Shown here: positions 47,958-60,864 of the stretch, in pieces
Numbering within the stretch: the stretch's first letter is position 1
Layout of the letters: each line of letters opens with the position of its first letter
From: Chiloscyllium plagiosum
Lineage: Eukaryota
Direction of reading: 5' to 3'
Length of the DNA: 64,000 nt
Assembly: GCF_004010195.1 (NCBI RefSeq)
Contig: NC_057711.1
Coordinates: 80,016,566 to 80,080,565, forward strand
Translations under genes and position numbers: made by a program
The notes under the pieces: generated by a model
What the model was told of the DNA's origin: nothing
Database searches by the model: none
Seen by the model: the letters and a program-made list of their open reading frames with translations, nothing else

Positions 47958-48249
47958 ACCTTTCTCCTCTCACTGGAATCTCAGATGGAGTTTGCTGCTG
48001 CTCTTGCCTCCACATCCTCAGGTCTAGCTCTTCTAGTCCCTTTTCATTCCATTCATCTGCCAGTCATGGACAGCTGCCAAGAATCTGACCACATGTGTAG
48101 ACTATAAAAGGGCAATGGGAACTTTAAACTTGCAGCACAATACCTTGTTAATTATCACAATGGTCCTTTAACAAAACACATTCCGACTGTCTTTTGTCAA
48201 AGACTGTCCATCGTTCACTACATTTCCTATTTACTGAACCCATGCTTTT

Positions 48250-48960
48250 TCACAGCCACTGTTTGAAGCTAAACCAGATTGTTTCCAACCTTAGTATTCA
48301 AATGGACCCTAAGAAAAGCTTCCATGCCGATATTCACTCCATCACCATAACTAAATGTTTATGTTACTGTTCCTGTGTCAGTGCATCTGCTGCTGAAACA
48401 CTCATCTATAATATTGTTACTTCTGGATTATACTAATGTTTTCCTGGTCTAGCTTCCATTTTTCACCTTCTGTCATCTCACTCAAATCTGTACTGATTGT
48501 ATGTTAAATTGCATCAAATCCTGATCACCCTTCCCCCACACTTGTTAGCCTACATGGGTCTGACAACACCTCAACATTACAATTTTTTTCGCTTGGTTTC
48601 AAATCTCTTGATATTTCTCAAGTACTTGATGCTCTCTGTGTTTGTTATGTGTAATCTCATCTATTTGTACAACAAACTGTGATCTCAGTATTCATTGAAT
48701 TCAGGCGTCCTTTAATCTTTGATTTCAGCACTATTGTCTTCAGCTGCTTAGGTTCTAACCCCTGGAATACTCTCCTTAATTTACTCAAGCTCTCTTGCCT
48801 CTTTAAATAGCTCATTAAAATTAACCTCTTTAACCATGTTTCTAATATTGCATATGGCTCGGTGTGAAAGTCTGTTTGAGAAGTCTCTTGTGTAACACAT
48901 TCATTTGCTTTACAATGTGAGACGTTATTGAATAAATTTTTTAAATTTTGCTGTCATTGA
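48250..48960 (+). mobile_element. L2 LINE 3' fragment (old)
   Basis: SASAAETLIYNIVTSGLY, against the L2 pattern 'AAETLIHAFVTSRLDY'; ccctggaatactctcc. Confidence 0.7.
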
Positions 48961-49234
48961 AAGAAGGCATTGACTAGACAGGAAAAATAAATCCCTTTTG
49001 TATGTGGCTGCCTGGGATTATAATCCCTAGAAGATAACACCATAGACTCTCAAACATTTTCACTTGGATGCAGTTTGGAGAAAAAAGTGTTCTGCTACCT
49101 TCTGAAGAGGATACATAAAGTACCAAACTAGACCATCATCCTCATCTCACACCATGGAGCATTTTTCTGTCTTACAGGTATCAGACAGGGGCTCAGATGT
49201 TTTGGCAGTTTTGCCATTTGCCTCCAGACAATTT

Positions 49235-50038
49235 CATAGAATCATCATAGAATCCCTGCACTGCAAAAGCAGGCCATTTGGTCCATTATGTCCACATCAT
49301 CCTTCTAAGGAGCATTCCACCCAACCACAAAGCCCCAGCCGTAACTCTATAACCCTGCATTTACCATGGAAGTCCAGCAAGAGATCCAAAGTTTCCCATC
49401 AATGGTCCTATGAAAAACAAGAAGGTCAATGGCAAAACTGCTTATATGGAACAGGGTGAAAGAGAATGCAGGCAGGGCTCTTGTAGTGTAGTGGTTGTGT
49501 CCCTATCTCTGAGCCAAGAGGTCTGAGTTGAGATTTTATCTGCTCCCAGAGGTGTGTATTAACATTTCTGAATAGGTTGATTAGAAAATATCTGAAAGAA
49601 AATCCCTGTAACCTCTACAGAATCATAGAATCCATACAAAGTGTGAACAGGCCCTTTGGTCCAACAAGTCCATACCAACCCTCTGAAGAGTAATCTACCC
49701 TATTATCCTAGATCTGCCCCTGACTAATGCACCTAACCTGCATATCCCTGAACACTATGGGCAATTTAGCATGGCCAATTCACCTAACCTGCACATCTTT
49801 AGATTGTGGGAGGAATCCAGAGGAAACCCTTGCAGACACAGGGAGAATGTGCAAACTCCACACAGACAGTTGCCTGAAGCTGGAATTGAACCTGGGTTCC
49901 TGTCGCTGTGAGGCAGCAGTGCTAACCATTGAGCCACTGTGCCACCCAAACCTTGCATTTACCATGAAAGTCCATCTAGCCTGTACACTATGGTTAATTT
50001 AGTATGGCCAATCCATCTAACCTGCACATCTTTGGACT
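49235..50038 (-). mobile_element. HE1 SINE cluster: older split copy (49235-49376 and 49949-50038), full copy 49617-49947, and a short + strand tRNA-SINE at 49475-49592
   Basis: HE1 core and (catagaat)n tails; 26-bp near-direct repeat at 49351-49376 and 49949-49974. Confidence 0.88.
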
Positions 50039-50309
50039 CTCATGTCTCTTCATTATGTATCTTCATTCTTCTTTGGCATTTTTTCCCTTAGTTTACAGCA
50101 AGACTAAGAAATATTTAAATTCATTTCAAAATCAAAACAAATACTCTCCTCATCTATTACCATTATGTACAGACATTCTTTTACATTGAAGTTGCTGCTA
50201 TTTTTCCTACATCCTTCATTTGGTAAACATTGCACAAAAAACAAAGCTTTATTCAATTGAACAGATCCAACAAAATTTGCCAAGGAATACTAAGTAGGTT
50301 GCGGGCTAG

Positions 50310-50436
50310 TTCCTGATGAGGGGCTTATGCCCAAACATTGATTCTCCTGCTCCTCGGATGCTGCCTGACCTCCTGTGCTTTTCCAGCACCACATTCTCAA
50401 CTCTCATCTCCAGCATCTGCAGTCCTCACTTCCTCT
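50310..50436 (+). mobile_element. PLE-derived short terminal repeat
   Basis: ttcCTGATGAggggcttatgcccaaac...ccagcatctgcagtcctcactt; the GAAA box is damaged. Confidence 0.88.
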
Positions 50437-52205
50437 CTGTGAGCTAGTTTGGACCAGTCTTAAAAATTGATACCATTCTCATAGTTAACAACAGTGAAAG
50501 TTTTGAACAAAATATTATAGAACAGGAGCTAAAAAACAGCATAACTATTTTTCTAGTTTTAGAACAGGAGGGAAGAAAAAATAGGAGAGAGAGGACAATT
50601 ATACATTTTGAGTATGGAAAAGAAAATTGTGTAGGAGGCTTTTGTTTTCAAGTAGATGATTGCTTTACTCCCATGAGATATTCCTTTTGGGAACTTCTGC
50701 TGCAGCCAGCAGGATAGCATTGCTAGCAAAGATGTCACTGTGCTTCTTCAGACAGCAGTATTTCTAGAACTAGGCTGGGATTATTAGTGTGATGACTAGG
50801 TGTTTACAAGCAGTTCTGTGAATATTGAAATTGGCAGGTCATACAGCTAGCACAATGTGCTACAGAGCCTAGAGGCATACATGACTCCTGCGTAAGTCAA
50901 ACTTAGGCAATTGCTGAGAAATGAATAGAAAATGAAGGTGAATAGTATATCCGGAGGAAGTCATCGTCAAGAAATAATGGCATACAAGGTTCAATTTAGA
51001 CTACTCGAGTGGAAGCGTTTGCTTCTCTGACACCTATTAAAACCTGTAGAAAACAAAATATTAAAATTGCTGTCATAACTTGATGTACAAGTGCAGTATG
51101 AATTTCCCCGGTGCATTCCTGGTGCAGAAAAGTTGATGAATTAGTTGCACAGAATTCTACTGGGTGGAATAGATATTTACATTTTAATATGGTCATGGCA
51201 ATATTGTCAAAACTATGAAATATCAGCTTGTAAAATTGAATAGAAACCAAGAAGATGATTGATATTGATACAAATGAAACAAAAAAGTTTCCTTTAGTAT
51301 TAGTATTTGAATTTACCACAATGTTGACACTTGTCTCTTCAGTTTTTTTCATGACTGTTTGTTTCTTTTGACATTGTTAGCTCCAGATAGATTTGCATTG
51401 AATAAGCCTTAATAAAAATTCAAACCAAAGCCTCAAATGATTGAAACTGTGGTTTAATGCATTTTCTAATGAATTTGACTGGAGAGCCCATAAACTCTGA
51501 ATAATTCAAAGCGTGATTAAAATGCTCAAAGATTGAAGTGAGACTTGATACACCTTGTTATCTCATTTTATTTACTATTCAGAACCCTTCCAAATATTAG
51601 AAGAAAAGAATATCAATTTTCAAACTGTCATATTATGCAAGTGTTTAAATATTAATGAATGTCAAATTTGTCAACATTTTTGTGTACCACATGCTCTGCA
51701 ATAATATTTGTGCCCCTTATTAAAAATGTAAAGTTGTCATTGAATTTCTCAATATGATTCTCCAGTGACTAATTCAGCTTGTTTTATTAATAAGTCTGTT
51801 CTGATGAGTAATATTAATTTAATATGCCTGCATGTGAGATTAAACCATAAATTATTGCTGCTGAATGTGATGAGATTTGACTGCTCCGGCATGAGGTCGA
51901 ATTTAATCCTTTATATTTATCTGTCTGCAAAGAGGTTTGTTGTTTGCAAGGTCAAATTTTATCTTACTGCAGGTCTTAATCCAGCCAGATTGGCAACTAT
52001 AGGTTAGCTGCTCTCATGAGATTGGCAAATCCAGATTGGACAGCATCACAAGGCAGGGAAGAGTGATTCCACAGTCAATGTAACACAATATTTTGTCTTT
52101 TCTCAGTGAATTGATTATAAAAGGACATCAGGCACAGAACAAAATAAGCAGCCAATTCATTATCACCTTCTTGGTGCTATCATCTGAGATGAATGTCTTG
52201 ACTTG

Positions 52206-52755
52206 GAGTCATAGAGATGTACAACATAGAAACAGACCCTTTGTTCCAACTCATCCATGTTGACCAGATATCCTAACCTAATGTAGTCTCATTAGCCAGC
52301 ACTTGGCCCATATCCCTCTAAATCCTTCTTATTCATATACCTACCCAGATGCCTTTTAAATGTTGTAATTGTACCAGCCTCCACCATTTCCTTTGGCAGC
52401 TCTTTCCATACACGGATCACCCTCTGCATGAAAAAGTTGCCCCTTAGGTCCCTTTTAAATCTTTCCCCTCTCACCCTAAACCTATGCCCTCTATTCTGGA
52501 CTCCCCCGCCCCAGGCAAAAGACCTTGTCTATTTACCCTATCCATTTTCCTCATGATTTTATAAACCTCTATAAAATCACCCCTCAGCTTCCAATGCTCC
52601 AGAGAAAACAGCTCCAGTATATTCAGCCTCTCCCTATGGCTCAAAACCCTCCAACCCTGGCAACATCCTTGAAAATCTTTACTGAACCCTTTCAAGTTTC
52701 ACAACATCCTTCCAATAGGAGGGGGACCAGAATTGCATACAATTTTCCAAAATAT
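52206..52755 (-). mobile_element. CR1 LINE 3' fragment
   Basis: ORFs 52292-52695: LFSLE..KLRGDFIEVYKIM; RGERFKRDLRGNFFMQRVIRVW.ELP. Confidence 0.92.
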
Positions 52756-52874
52756 TGACTTCTAGACATTAATGCAATGTCAACAAAAGAAACAGTAGAA
52801 GAAAGGCAGTAGTTTGAACAACCTACACCAGAGACTCAGTCAGTCATTCATTGATGAAGGACATCGGCTGTTTC

Positions 52875-53800
52875 ATCAATGATGTCCTTCATCACAAGGT
52901 CATGTATAGGGATGTTTGCTGATGATTGCACAATATTTCACACTACTTGTACCATCATAGACTTTAACAATGTCAATTCCTTTATGCAGCAAGACTTGCA
53001 TAATATCCAGGCTTGGGCTGATTAGTGGCAAAACAAAATTGCACACAAGTGCCAGACTATGATCATTTTCAACAATATTACTATCATTGAATCCCCAACT
53101 ATCAACATCCAGGGGTTATAATGGGCCAGAAACTGAACTAGACCAAATATGCAAATTATATTGCTACAAGAGCAGATTAGAGGTATGATTCGGAGGTATA
53201 ACCTGGTGTTGTGTGATTTTTAAGATTAGAGGTAAGAATGGTGCTGCAAATATCTCATTGCCTGACTCCCCAAAGCCTGTCCACCATTGGCAAAGCACAT
53301 GTGAGATGGGATACGATCCATTCGGCTGGAGGAGTGCAGCTCCAACAACACTCAAGTAGCTTGACACAACCCAAGATAAAGCAGGTCTCCTCATAGGCAC
53401 ACCCCAAACCACCACCTTCAAAATTCTCTTTGTTACCCACCGACATGCAATGTCAACAATGTGTACCACCTACAGGATATACTGCAGTAACTCTTGTGAT
53501 AGCACATTCAAAACACACAGCTTCTACCAGCTGGGTGGACAAAGGCAGCACTTGCTTGGGAATACCACCACGTTTCCTCTAAGTCACACACCACTCTAAC
53601 TTGGGATTATATCAATATTCCTTCAAAGTCACTGGGTTAAAATTTGGAATTTTCTTCCTATCAGCCCCAAGAATACACCTGAACCTTAAGTATGGCAGCT
53701 ATTCAAGAAAGCAGCTCAACACCACCTTTCCAGGGCAAGTAGGGATGAACAATAAATGTTGGTCTAGTCAGTAATACTCATATCCCATGAACAAATTAAA
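52875..53800 (+). mobile_element. Unassigned APE-RT LINE, RT to 3' end
   Basis: gggatgtttgctgatgattgcaca encodes GMFADDCT; MQQDLHNIQAWAD*WQ; tail agggcaagtagggatgaacaataaatgttgg. Confidence 0.85.
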
Positions 53801-54409
53801 ACAGTACTGAAGCTATGTTTCATTTTGCTTTACAACTGCATCTATAAGCGTCTAGGAGGGAAATCAGAAAACATCTTGGCAGATGTGATCATCAGTTGAC
53901 ATTTATTTAGTATTAATTCTAATAAAGACAAGACAGGAAAAAAATGGAAGTGTTGCTTTATTAAAACTCTTACAGGCTGTCAAAATTAGTCAGGGGAAAG
54001 AAGATGAAAGGAGAGTACCACTACACTCAAAATTAACTGTATGTCTAGAACTTGGTAATAAATTGCACCTTATTTCAATAACAAATGTTTTAAAACTTAA
54101 TTAATTTTGCACTTTATGTATTTCTAGTTTTGTGTTTCCCTTACACTTAAACTCAATAGAGTCTCACTAACTTATTTTAATGGGAGTTTACGCGTCAAAC
54201 AATGAAGTTTCTATTAACACCTTTTTTTTTAATCTTGTGAATTTTATCTGTTGTTCTTCAGACATGTAACTTGCATATCACATATTTGATAGCTTAGTTA
54301 CAGCACACTTTGAGATGTGAGTGCATATAATTTTGAAACATGTTTTGTTTGTTAATCTCCAGTTGTTAGTATACATCCCACATACTCAATTGGTTGTGGT
54401 AAGTAGAAG

Positions 54410-54730
54410 ATGAATGGCACAGTGACAAAATAGCTCAGCAGGGAAATCCAGAGGTCCAGGCCATTCTAGGATCATTGGTTCAAATATCACTGTGGTACCT
54501 GGTGGAACTTAAATTCAGTTAATACAGTTGGAATTAAAGTGATAGTGTCACTACAAAATTTTGTAACAATTGTCTTAACCACTTGTCTGGTTTACTAATG
54601 TCCTTTAGGGAAGGAAATCTGCCAACCTGGCCTGGTTTGGTTTCTGCTGCAATGAACTATCAAGCCAATTAATTCAAGGACAATTAAGAATGTGCAACAA
54701 ATGCCAGTATGGCTCAATCCATTAAATAAT
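54410..54730 (+). mobile_element. tRNA-derived SINE sharing its 3' tail with the unassigned LINE
   Basis: B-box-like ggttcaaat; tctggtttactaatgtcctttagggaaggaaatctgcc; tail caaggacaattaagaatgtgcaacaaatgcc. Confidence 0.65.
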
Positions 54731-55194
54731 AAAAAAAATGATGTTTACTTAAGGGATATTGATTCAATCATGTAATGCTAGTACACGGGGGCTTATTTTA
54801 TTTATGTCTCCACTTGCATGCACACATGTTTATTTTTGATCTTCTTTGCTATCTCTAAGGAGATATTTTATAAATCCTTTCAGTGGGTATCTGTATCCCT
54901 CTCCTGCTTCCAAATCTCAAGTGCCCCATCAATGTATAACTAATTGTAAGCAAATTGCAGAGAATCTCAAATTCCCATAATTATCAGCTTCCCTCCTGAA
55001 ATCTCCTCTTACCTTTCCAACCTTCCCTTTTGTGCAGTTGTTGCAAATTTCAGCTGTGTACTAGATATTGCATTACTGTCATTTCAGTAAGGAGATTTCA
55101 CATCCTCTATTTTCAAAGTATAAATCTTCTACCCAAAATCTCACTGAATGGCAGTGTGGCCTCAGTGCTAAAGCAATAAAACATGCCAATGAAG

Positions 55195-56332
55195 CACAGG
55201 AACAGAGGAATTAGGATTGGGAGTGGGCAATTCAACCCTTCAAGACAGCTCCACCATGCAACCTGATCGTGGCTGATCCTATCCTAATCTCAACTCTACT
55301 TTCCTGCCTGCTCTCCCAAGCCTTCTACATCACTTTTCATCAGAAACATATCTGTTTCTTTCTTGAATCTGTTATTTGATTCTACCTCCACTACACTCTG
55401 GGGCAAGGAATTCCACAGATTCACAACTGAAAGAAGTAGTTTCTCCTCACCTCAGGTTTGAACCTACCTCCTCTCACCCTATATCTATGACCTCTACTTC
55501 AAGAATGTCCACAAGGGGAGTCTCTGTTCAATGTCCATCTAATCAATCTTCTTTAGCATTTTATTTACATCAATCAGATCCCCATCATTCTTCTGAACAC
55601 GAACAAGTACAACCCAAGCTATTCAACCTCTCCTCATATGACAACCCTTTCAACCATGGCGAACCTCCTCTGAACTGCCTCCACTGCCATCACATCCTGC
55701 CTCAAGTAAGGAGATGAAAACTAGACACAATACTCCAGGCCTCACTAATGCCTTATATAATTGTAACAATACTTTTTTACTTGTGTAATCCAGTCCCTTT
55801 TCAACAAATAACGGGATTTCATTGGCCGAACTTATTATTTGCTGCACCTGTATACCCACTTGCTGTCTTGCATGCACAAAGACATCCAGATCTCTCTGTA
55901 TTGATGCACTTTGAATTTACTACCCATTTAGATAATAATCTATCCTTTTATTTTTCTAGCCAAAATGGACAATCTTGCATGTATCCACATTATACACCAT
56001 CTGCCAGATTCTGGCCCATTTTCCTAGCCTATCAATATCCATCTGTAAAGTCTTCTCATAACAGCCTGCTTTCCCAACTATTTGAGTATCATCCACAAAT
56101 TTTGCTATATTACACTCTGTCCCTATTTATATATATGTATATAAATAGTTGAGATCCAAGAACTGAACCCTGCAGCAACCCAGTAGTTAGTTTGCCATCC
56201 AGAGAAGGATCCATTTACCTCATCTCTTTGCTTTCTGTTAGCCAATCCTCTATTCAAGCCAATGCTGTATCCTTAACCCCCTGGTACCTAACCTTCTGGA
56301 TCAGTCATTTATGTGGCACCTTGCCAAATGCA
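55195..56332 (-). mobile_element. CR1 LINE 3' fragment (old)
   Basis: KGLDYTSKKVLLQLYKALVRP; gaactgaaccctgcagcaaccc, reverse strand of G.LQGSVL. Confidence 0.85.
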
Positions 56333-56779
56333 TGGATAGGATACTGGGATCTTGGACATGTCAACAAGTTTTCTATGTTTTGAAAGGTGGATTAGTCAGC
56401 ATCCTAGTTCCAACAAATTTTGTGCAAACGTTCATTATACAAACATACGATGAATAAACAGAACATAAGTCCTGTAATTCAAAAACCCATTACTAGCTTA
56501 TAAGTGGAGTTCCATTCATCCACCCATTTGACTCAAGACTGTAAATCAGAAATCCATGGTCATTAATAAACAATTGTTGAGCAACTGAGGAAAGGTGTAT
56601 AACTGCTTACTTAAAATATGAAGACCTAGAGAATCTTGGAGCAGTAAAAAATGAAGAAGGTCCTTGTAAAGTCAAAACTGTTGCACTTATACTGTTCTTT
56701 AAACAGTACCAGCATGCAAAAATTTAAAAAGCAAGAAGTAGAAAGGAAGTTGGAAGAAGATAATAAGAAATCTCTCAGA

Positions 56780-58190
56780 ACATGGCATGAATAAATGAAG
56801 AAACCTGGTGAGACAGTGGGTTAGAGGTGTAGGAGTGGGAAATTGCAGGGGGAGGACAGAATAATAGAATTGTGAGAGAGTATGTTAAGAAAACTATACA
56901 AAATCATAGCAACCAAAACCATGTGAAAGGAGGTGGCAGATATCTAATTCCTAGCACTCAACGTCAATGTAGGAAAAAATGCTTAATGATCTCATAACAT
57001 CAGCAAGTGTGAATGTGATTTCGAAATATAGACTTGTATATCTTCTCAAAGGAACACTCAGTGTACTAAATGAACTGTAATAACACCTTCACAAGAAAGA
57101 CTTCAATTAAGTAGATACATTATCCTGCAATACATTCAAGCCTGCTGAAGCCTCATTACCTTCATGCAAGTTCCATAAAAAATATAGAAATTCACAAAAA
57201 GTTGTCAAGTTATGTAGTTTTTAACTGACATTAACAAACATATCATGCGGAGAAAGATTGTGTATAATTCCTGAAAAGGACAAGTTAAAGAAGGAGACAC
57301 AGCAGGAGGAGTAGATAATGAAAATCCTGGGGATTGAGTCAGCCAAACCCTCATGATGGCAATGTGGAAAGGGTAGTGCTCACAGATGGTTTATGATGAC
57401 TGGTACTTTGGACTTACAAAGGCCTCACAGAAAAAGAAATTAAAAAGCAACAGCTGTAAACTCTACATTTCCCGGTTTTCTTCCAGACAAATTGGAAGCA
57501 AACAAGGATGCTGCAGGGAGAGTGAAGGAGTTAATGATAAAAGTTTCAACATCTAGTATACTCAACCCAGTCCATTATGAAACCCATCACTCATAACTGC
57601 AGCCAGCACAGGTGAATTCAGGTCATTGCGTATAGCCTAGATGAGGAATGGCAATTGGTTAAGGCACTGTTCACACTCAAAGCCAATAGTTGATTTATCG
57701 CAGCTGAACCTTGAGGTATCAGCTGCCTACATTTAAAGCATTGTAAACATTGTGAGAACAATTTCAAAGGTGCTGACATGCAAAGAGAAATACTTGCTGA
57801 CTATCTGAAGCATAAAACACCCCACAGCGACTTTATGCAGGAGTTGACAAGCATGGTGGCAGTGTCCAATACAGGGAAAGATAGGTCTTCTCTATTGTGC
57901 AGAGCATTCTGCTGAGGGAAGTAATTCCAGGAGTTCTGCATATCTTACACAAAAACAAAGGTTATCAGATACACAGCTGTGTAAAAGAACTAAGGAATGA
58001 GCTTCTGAGGTTGATTATCATGGCGACTGTGTGTTTCCCGAATGGCCAAGGTCTCTTGAGATGCATTATCAGCTTCCAGGGCTGTTTGCACTTCTCTGTC
58101 CAACCAAAAACAAATGATAAACTGAGAATGTTCTGAGGAAGATATTATTCCTTCAATGTAATCGCAATGAACATTCTTAAATGTAATGAC
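56780..58190 (+). mobile_element. Probable Harbinger ORF2 (Myb/SANT) relic, highly decayed
   Basis: caacgtcaatgtaggaaaaaatgcttaatgatctcataacatcagcaa reads QRQCRKK/LNDLITSA at ~56960-57008; PSLITAAST-like segment near 57585. Confidence 0.4.
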
Positions 58191-58211
58191 GGGCTTCTCT
58201 AAGAGTTGAAT

Positions 58212-58410
58212 AGGAGAAAGTGAGGACTGCAGATGTTGGAGATCAAAGTTGAAGACTGTGGTGTTGGAAAAGCACAGCCAATCAGGCAGCATCTGAGGAG
58301 CAGGAGAATCGACGTTTTAGGCATAAGCCGTACCCAATGATGAAGGGCTTATCCCTTCTTCCTCCTCGGGTGCTGCCTGGACGGCTGTGCTTTTCCAGCA
58401 CCACACTCTT
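58212..58410. mobile_element. Palindromic PLE-derived insertion
   Basis: Inverted copy 58212-58329, then forward copy from tgatgaagggcttat (58338) to ccagcaccacactct; cttctcta on both flanks. Confidence 0.85.
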
Positions 58411-59498
58411 CTTCTCTACGATTTGAGACAGGTTTCACGGATTATACGTAAAAGGGAGATGGTGGGTGGAAAAATGTGATTTCAAAGTGTCTTATTCAAA
58501 AGCAATAGTTCAGATATGTTACATTAGTTAAATAAGTACTCAGTGCATATGATCCATCACAGGAGAGCAGTTTACTGGTTTTGGATCAGCCAAATGGTCA
58601 GATTCATTTGATCTCTGAAACTGGAGGCTATAGGTCTCCTGTTCTCATTGTGTTGGATACCATTGTTTAACATTAACTTAGACAGTGGTTTACACAATAT
58701 CATGAGATTCAACCTTACCAGGTTTAGGAAGGTCCTGTTTCAGATCTTGTGCTATAGAAATGGCCTTGGCAGTGATAATAGGCCTATGCTGCCCTTTGTT
58801 TGTTAGCCCTGCAATCTGTTATGGACATTTCTTCATAAAAGAGAGAGGGGATGAGACAGAGAGAGAGGGAGAGAACCAATTCTGCAATATACAATATATT
58901 ACTTAATATTTCATAGTTATTAGAAAGTTATTTCTTATAGCCCCAACATAAAAAAGCAGCAAACATTTAATCCATATCATTGGTAGGAGTTACTATCTAA
59001 TTGCAAATAGATCCTGAAAGAAGTTGGTTCATAGGTGACTGAGAAGAGGTCATTAAAATTTTAGAAATTTTTAGATACAGAAAATACATCTATTTCCTGT
59101 GAAAAGAAAAAACAGAGGGCATAAAAATGAGATAGTAACTAACATATCAAATAGGGAATTTTAGAATATAAATCTAGAGAGTGTGAGAACGTCATGTAAC
59201 AACCTTAGGGAATGGATGTGGTGAAGGTTGTGCTGAGAGAATTGCATTAGGAAGGATGTGTGAAAGTTCCCATGGAGCGTACATTTTGGCATAAGACAGG
59301 TCAGACCAGCCTTAGAGCTGTGCAGTAGTTCTTGCACATTTTTCTTGTTTTCCATTTTATTTTGTTTTCTTACTTTAATATTGTGACTGAAATACAAAGT
59401 GACTCATTTCTCAAGATTATCAAAGGTTTATGGGTAGTAGATAGGCAAGCGGAGTGAAGGCCTTTTTAAATCAGACAGGATCTCAATAAATTATGCTT

Positions 59499-59845
59499 GT
59501 GGCAGCATGGTGATACAGTGGTTAACATTGCTGCCTTACAGTGCCAGGGACATGGGTTTGAGTTCACCCTCAGGCAACTGTCTGTGTGGAGTTTGCACCT
59601 TTTCCCTGTGTCTGTGTGGGTTTCCTACAGTTTCCTCCCCCAGTCCAAAGATGTGCAGGTTAGGGGTATTGGTCATGCTAAATTGCCTATAGTGTCCAGG
59701 GATGAGCAGGCTAGGTGGATTAACCATTGGAAATGCATGGTTACATAAATAAGGCAAGAGGTAGGTCTGGGTGGGATGTTCTTCAGAGAGTCAGTGTGGA
59801 TTTGATGGGACAAATGGCCTGCTTCGATACTATAGGGATTCTATT
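59499..59845 (+). mobile_element. HE1 SINE (diverged)
   Basis: ggcagcatggtgatacagtggttaacattgctgcct...tgtgtggagtttgcacct...cagtccaaagatgtgcaggttagg. Confidence 0.9.
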
Positions 59846-60864
59846 CTTGTTTATATATTTTTTTATTTTTTGCAAGTGTTTCTTAATGTAAAGGGTACAA
59901 AACTCACGACCGATAAAGTGAAAGAAACCATAAACTCTCATATGTTCTTGCAAACTATTTAAATACATCTTCACTACATGATTATTTAGAACACTAATAA
60001 CAGATAATACACAAGCTACAAACCATTCACAGGATTCCCAGGTTCTGTGTTAACCTTCCTGGGGTAAGTGACATGTTGATATGTGAATCGCGCTCTAAAG
60101 ATATTTTGCACCTTTCTGCAATGGGGATGAGCTGCTCGATATTGATAATGGAAAGAAATAACAGGCCTGATCCTCAGCCTCTGCCAATGTCATTTCAAAT
60201 TGCTATGGATAGGTACATCGGATCAATCTGAGAATAATTCAGCAAATAATTTTCCAATCACACTGCTGAGAAATCAAGCACCTCATGGTTGAATACTAAC
60301 TATGCAATTTTAGCAGGCAAAGTTCTTCACTGGAAGCACTAAGTCAGAAAATAGGCCTATAAATATCACTGAAAACAATAGAAAATTCAATAATTCAAGT
60401 ATGTCTATGTTTATCATTTATTCACTTGAACCTTTCTGTAAAACACAGAAGCTTTGACACCTTTCATGGAATCTCCAATCTCCAAATGATAAAGATAGAC
60501 ACAGAATATTTGCCGGGTTAGAGCTAATGTTGGATATTTATTTTATATTGATAGTTGGCATATCACTTACTGGATGAAAACCTCGAATTTCAATAAATAT
60601 CCAATATTCCAAATTTCACAGTTAAACATATTTAACAACAAAAATAATTTTTCGGCTTGTTCTGATGTCTATATTCAAAAAGAGAATCCACTTACCCTAT
60701 CGATCTTTCGACTACTTTCTCTATCATGTACTTATCTAGCTATCTCTACAATGTATTTAGGCTATTTATCCCATTTACTACATATTGTAATAGTTTCCAC
60801 ATTCCAAAAGTGATTTTGCAATCTTGATTGCAATTATTAATGATCATCTTACATTTATGAACCC

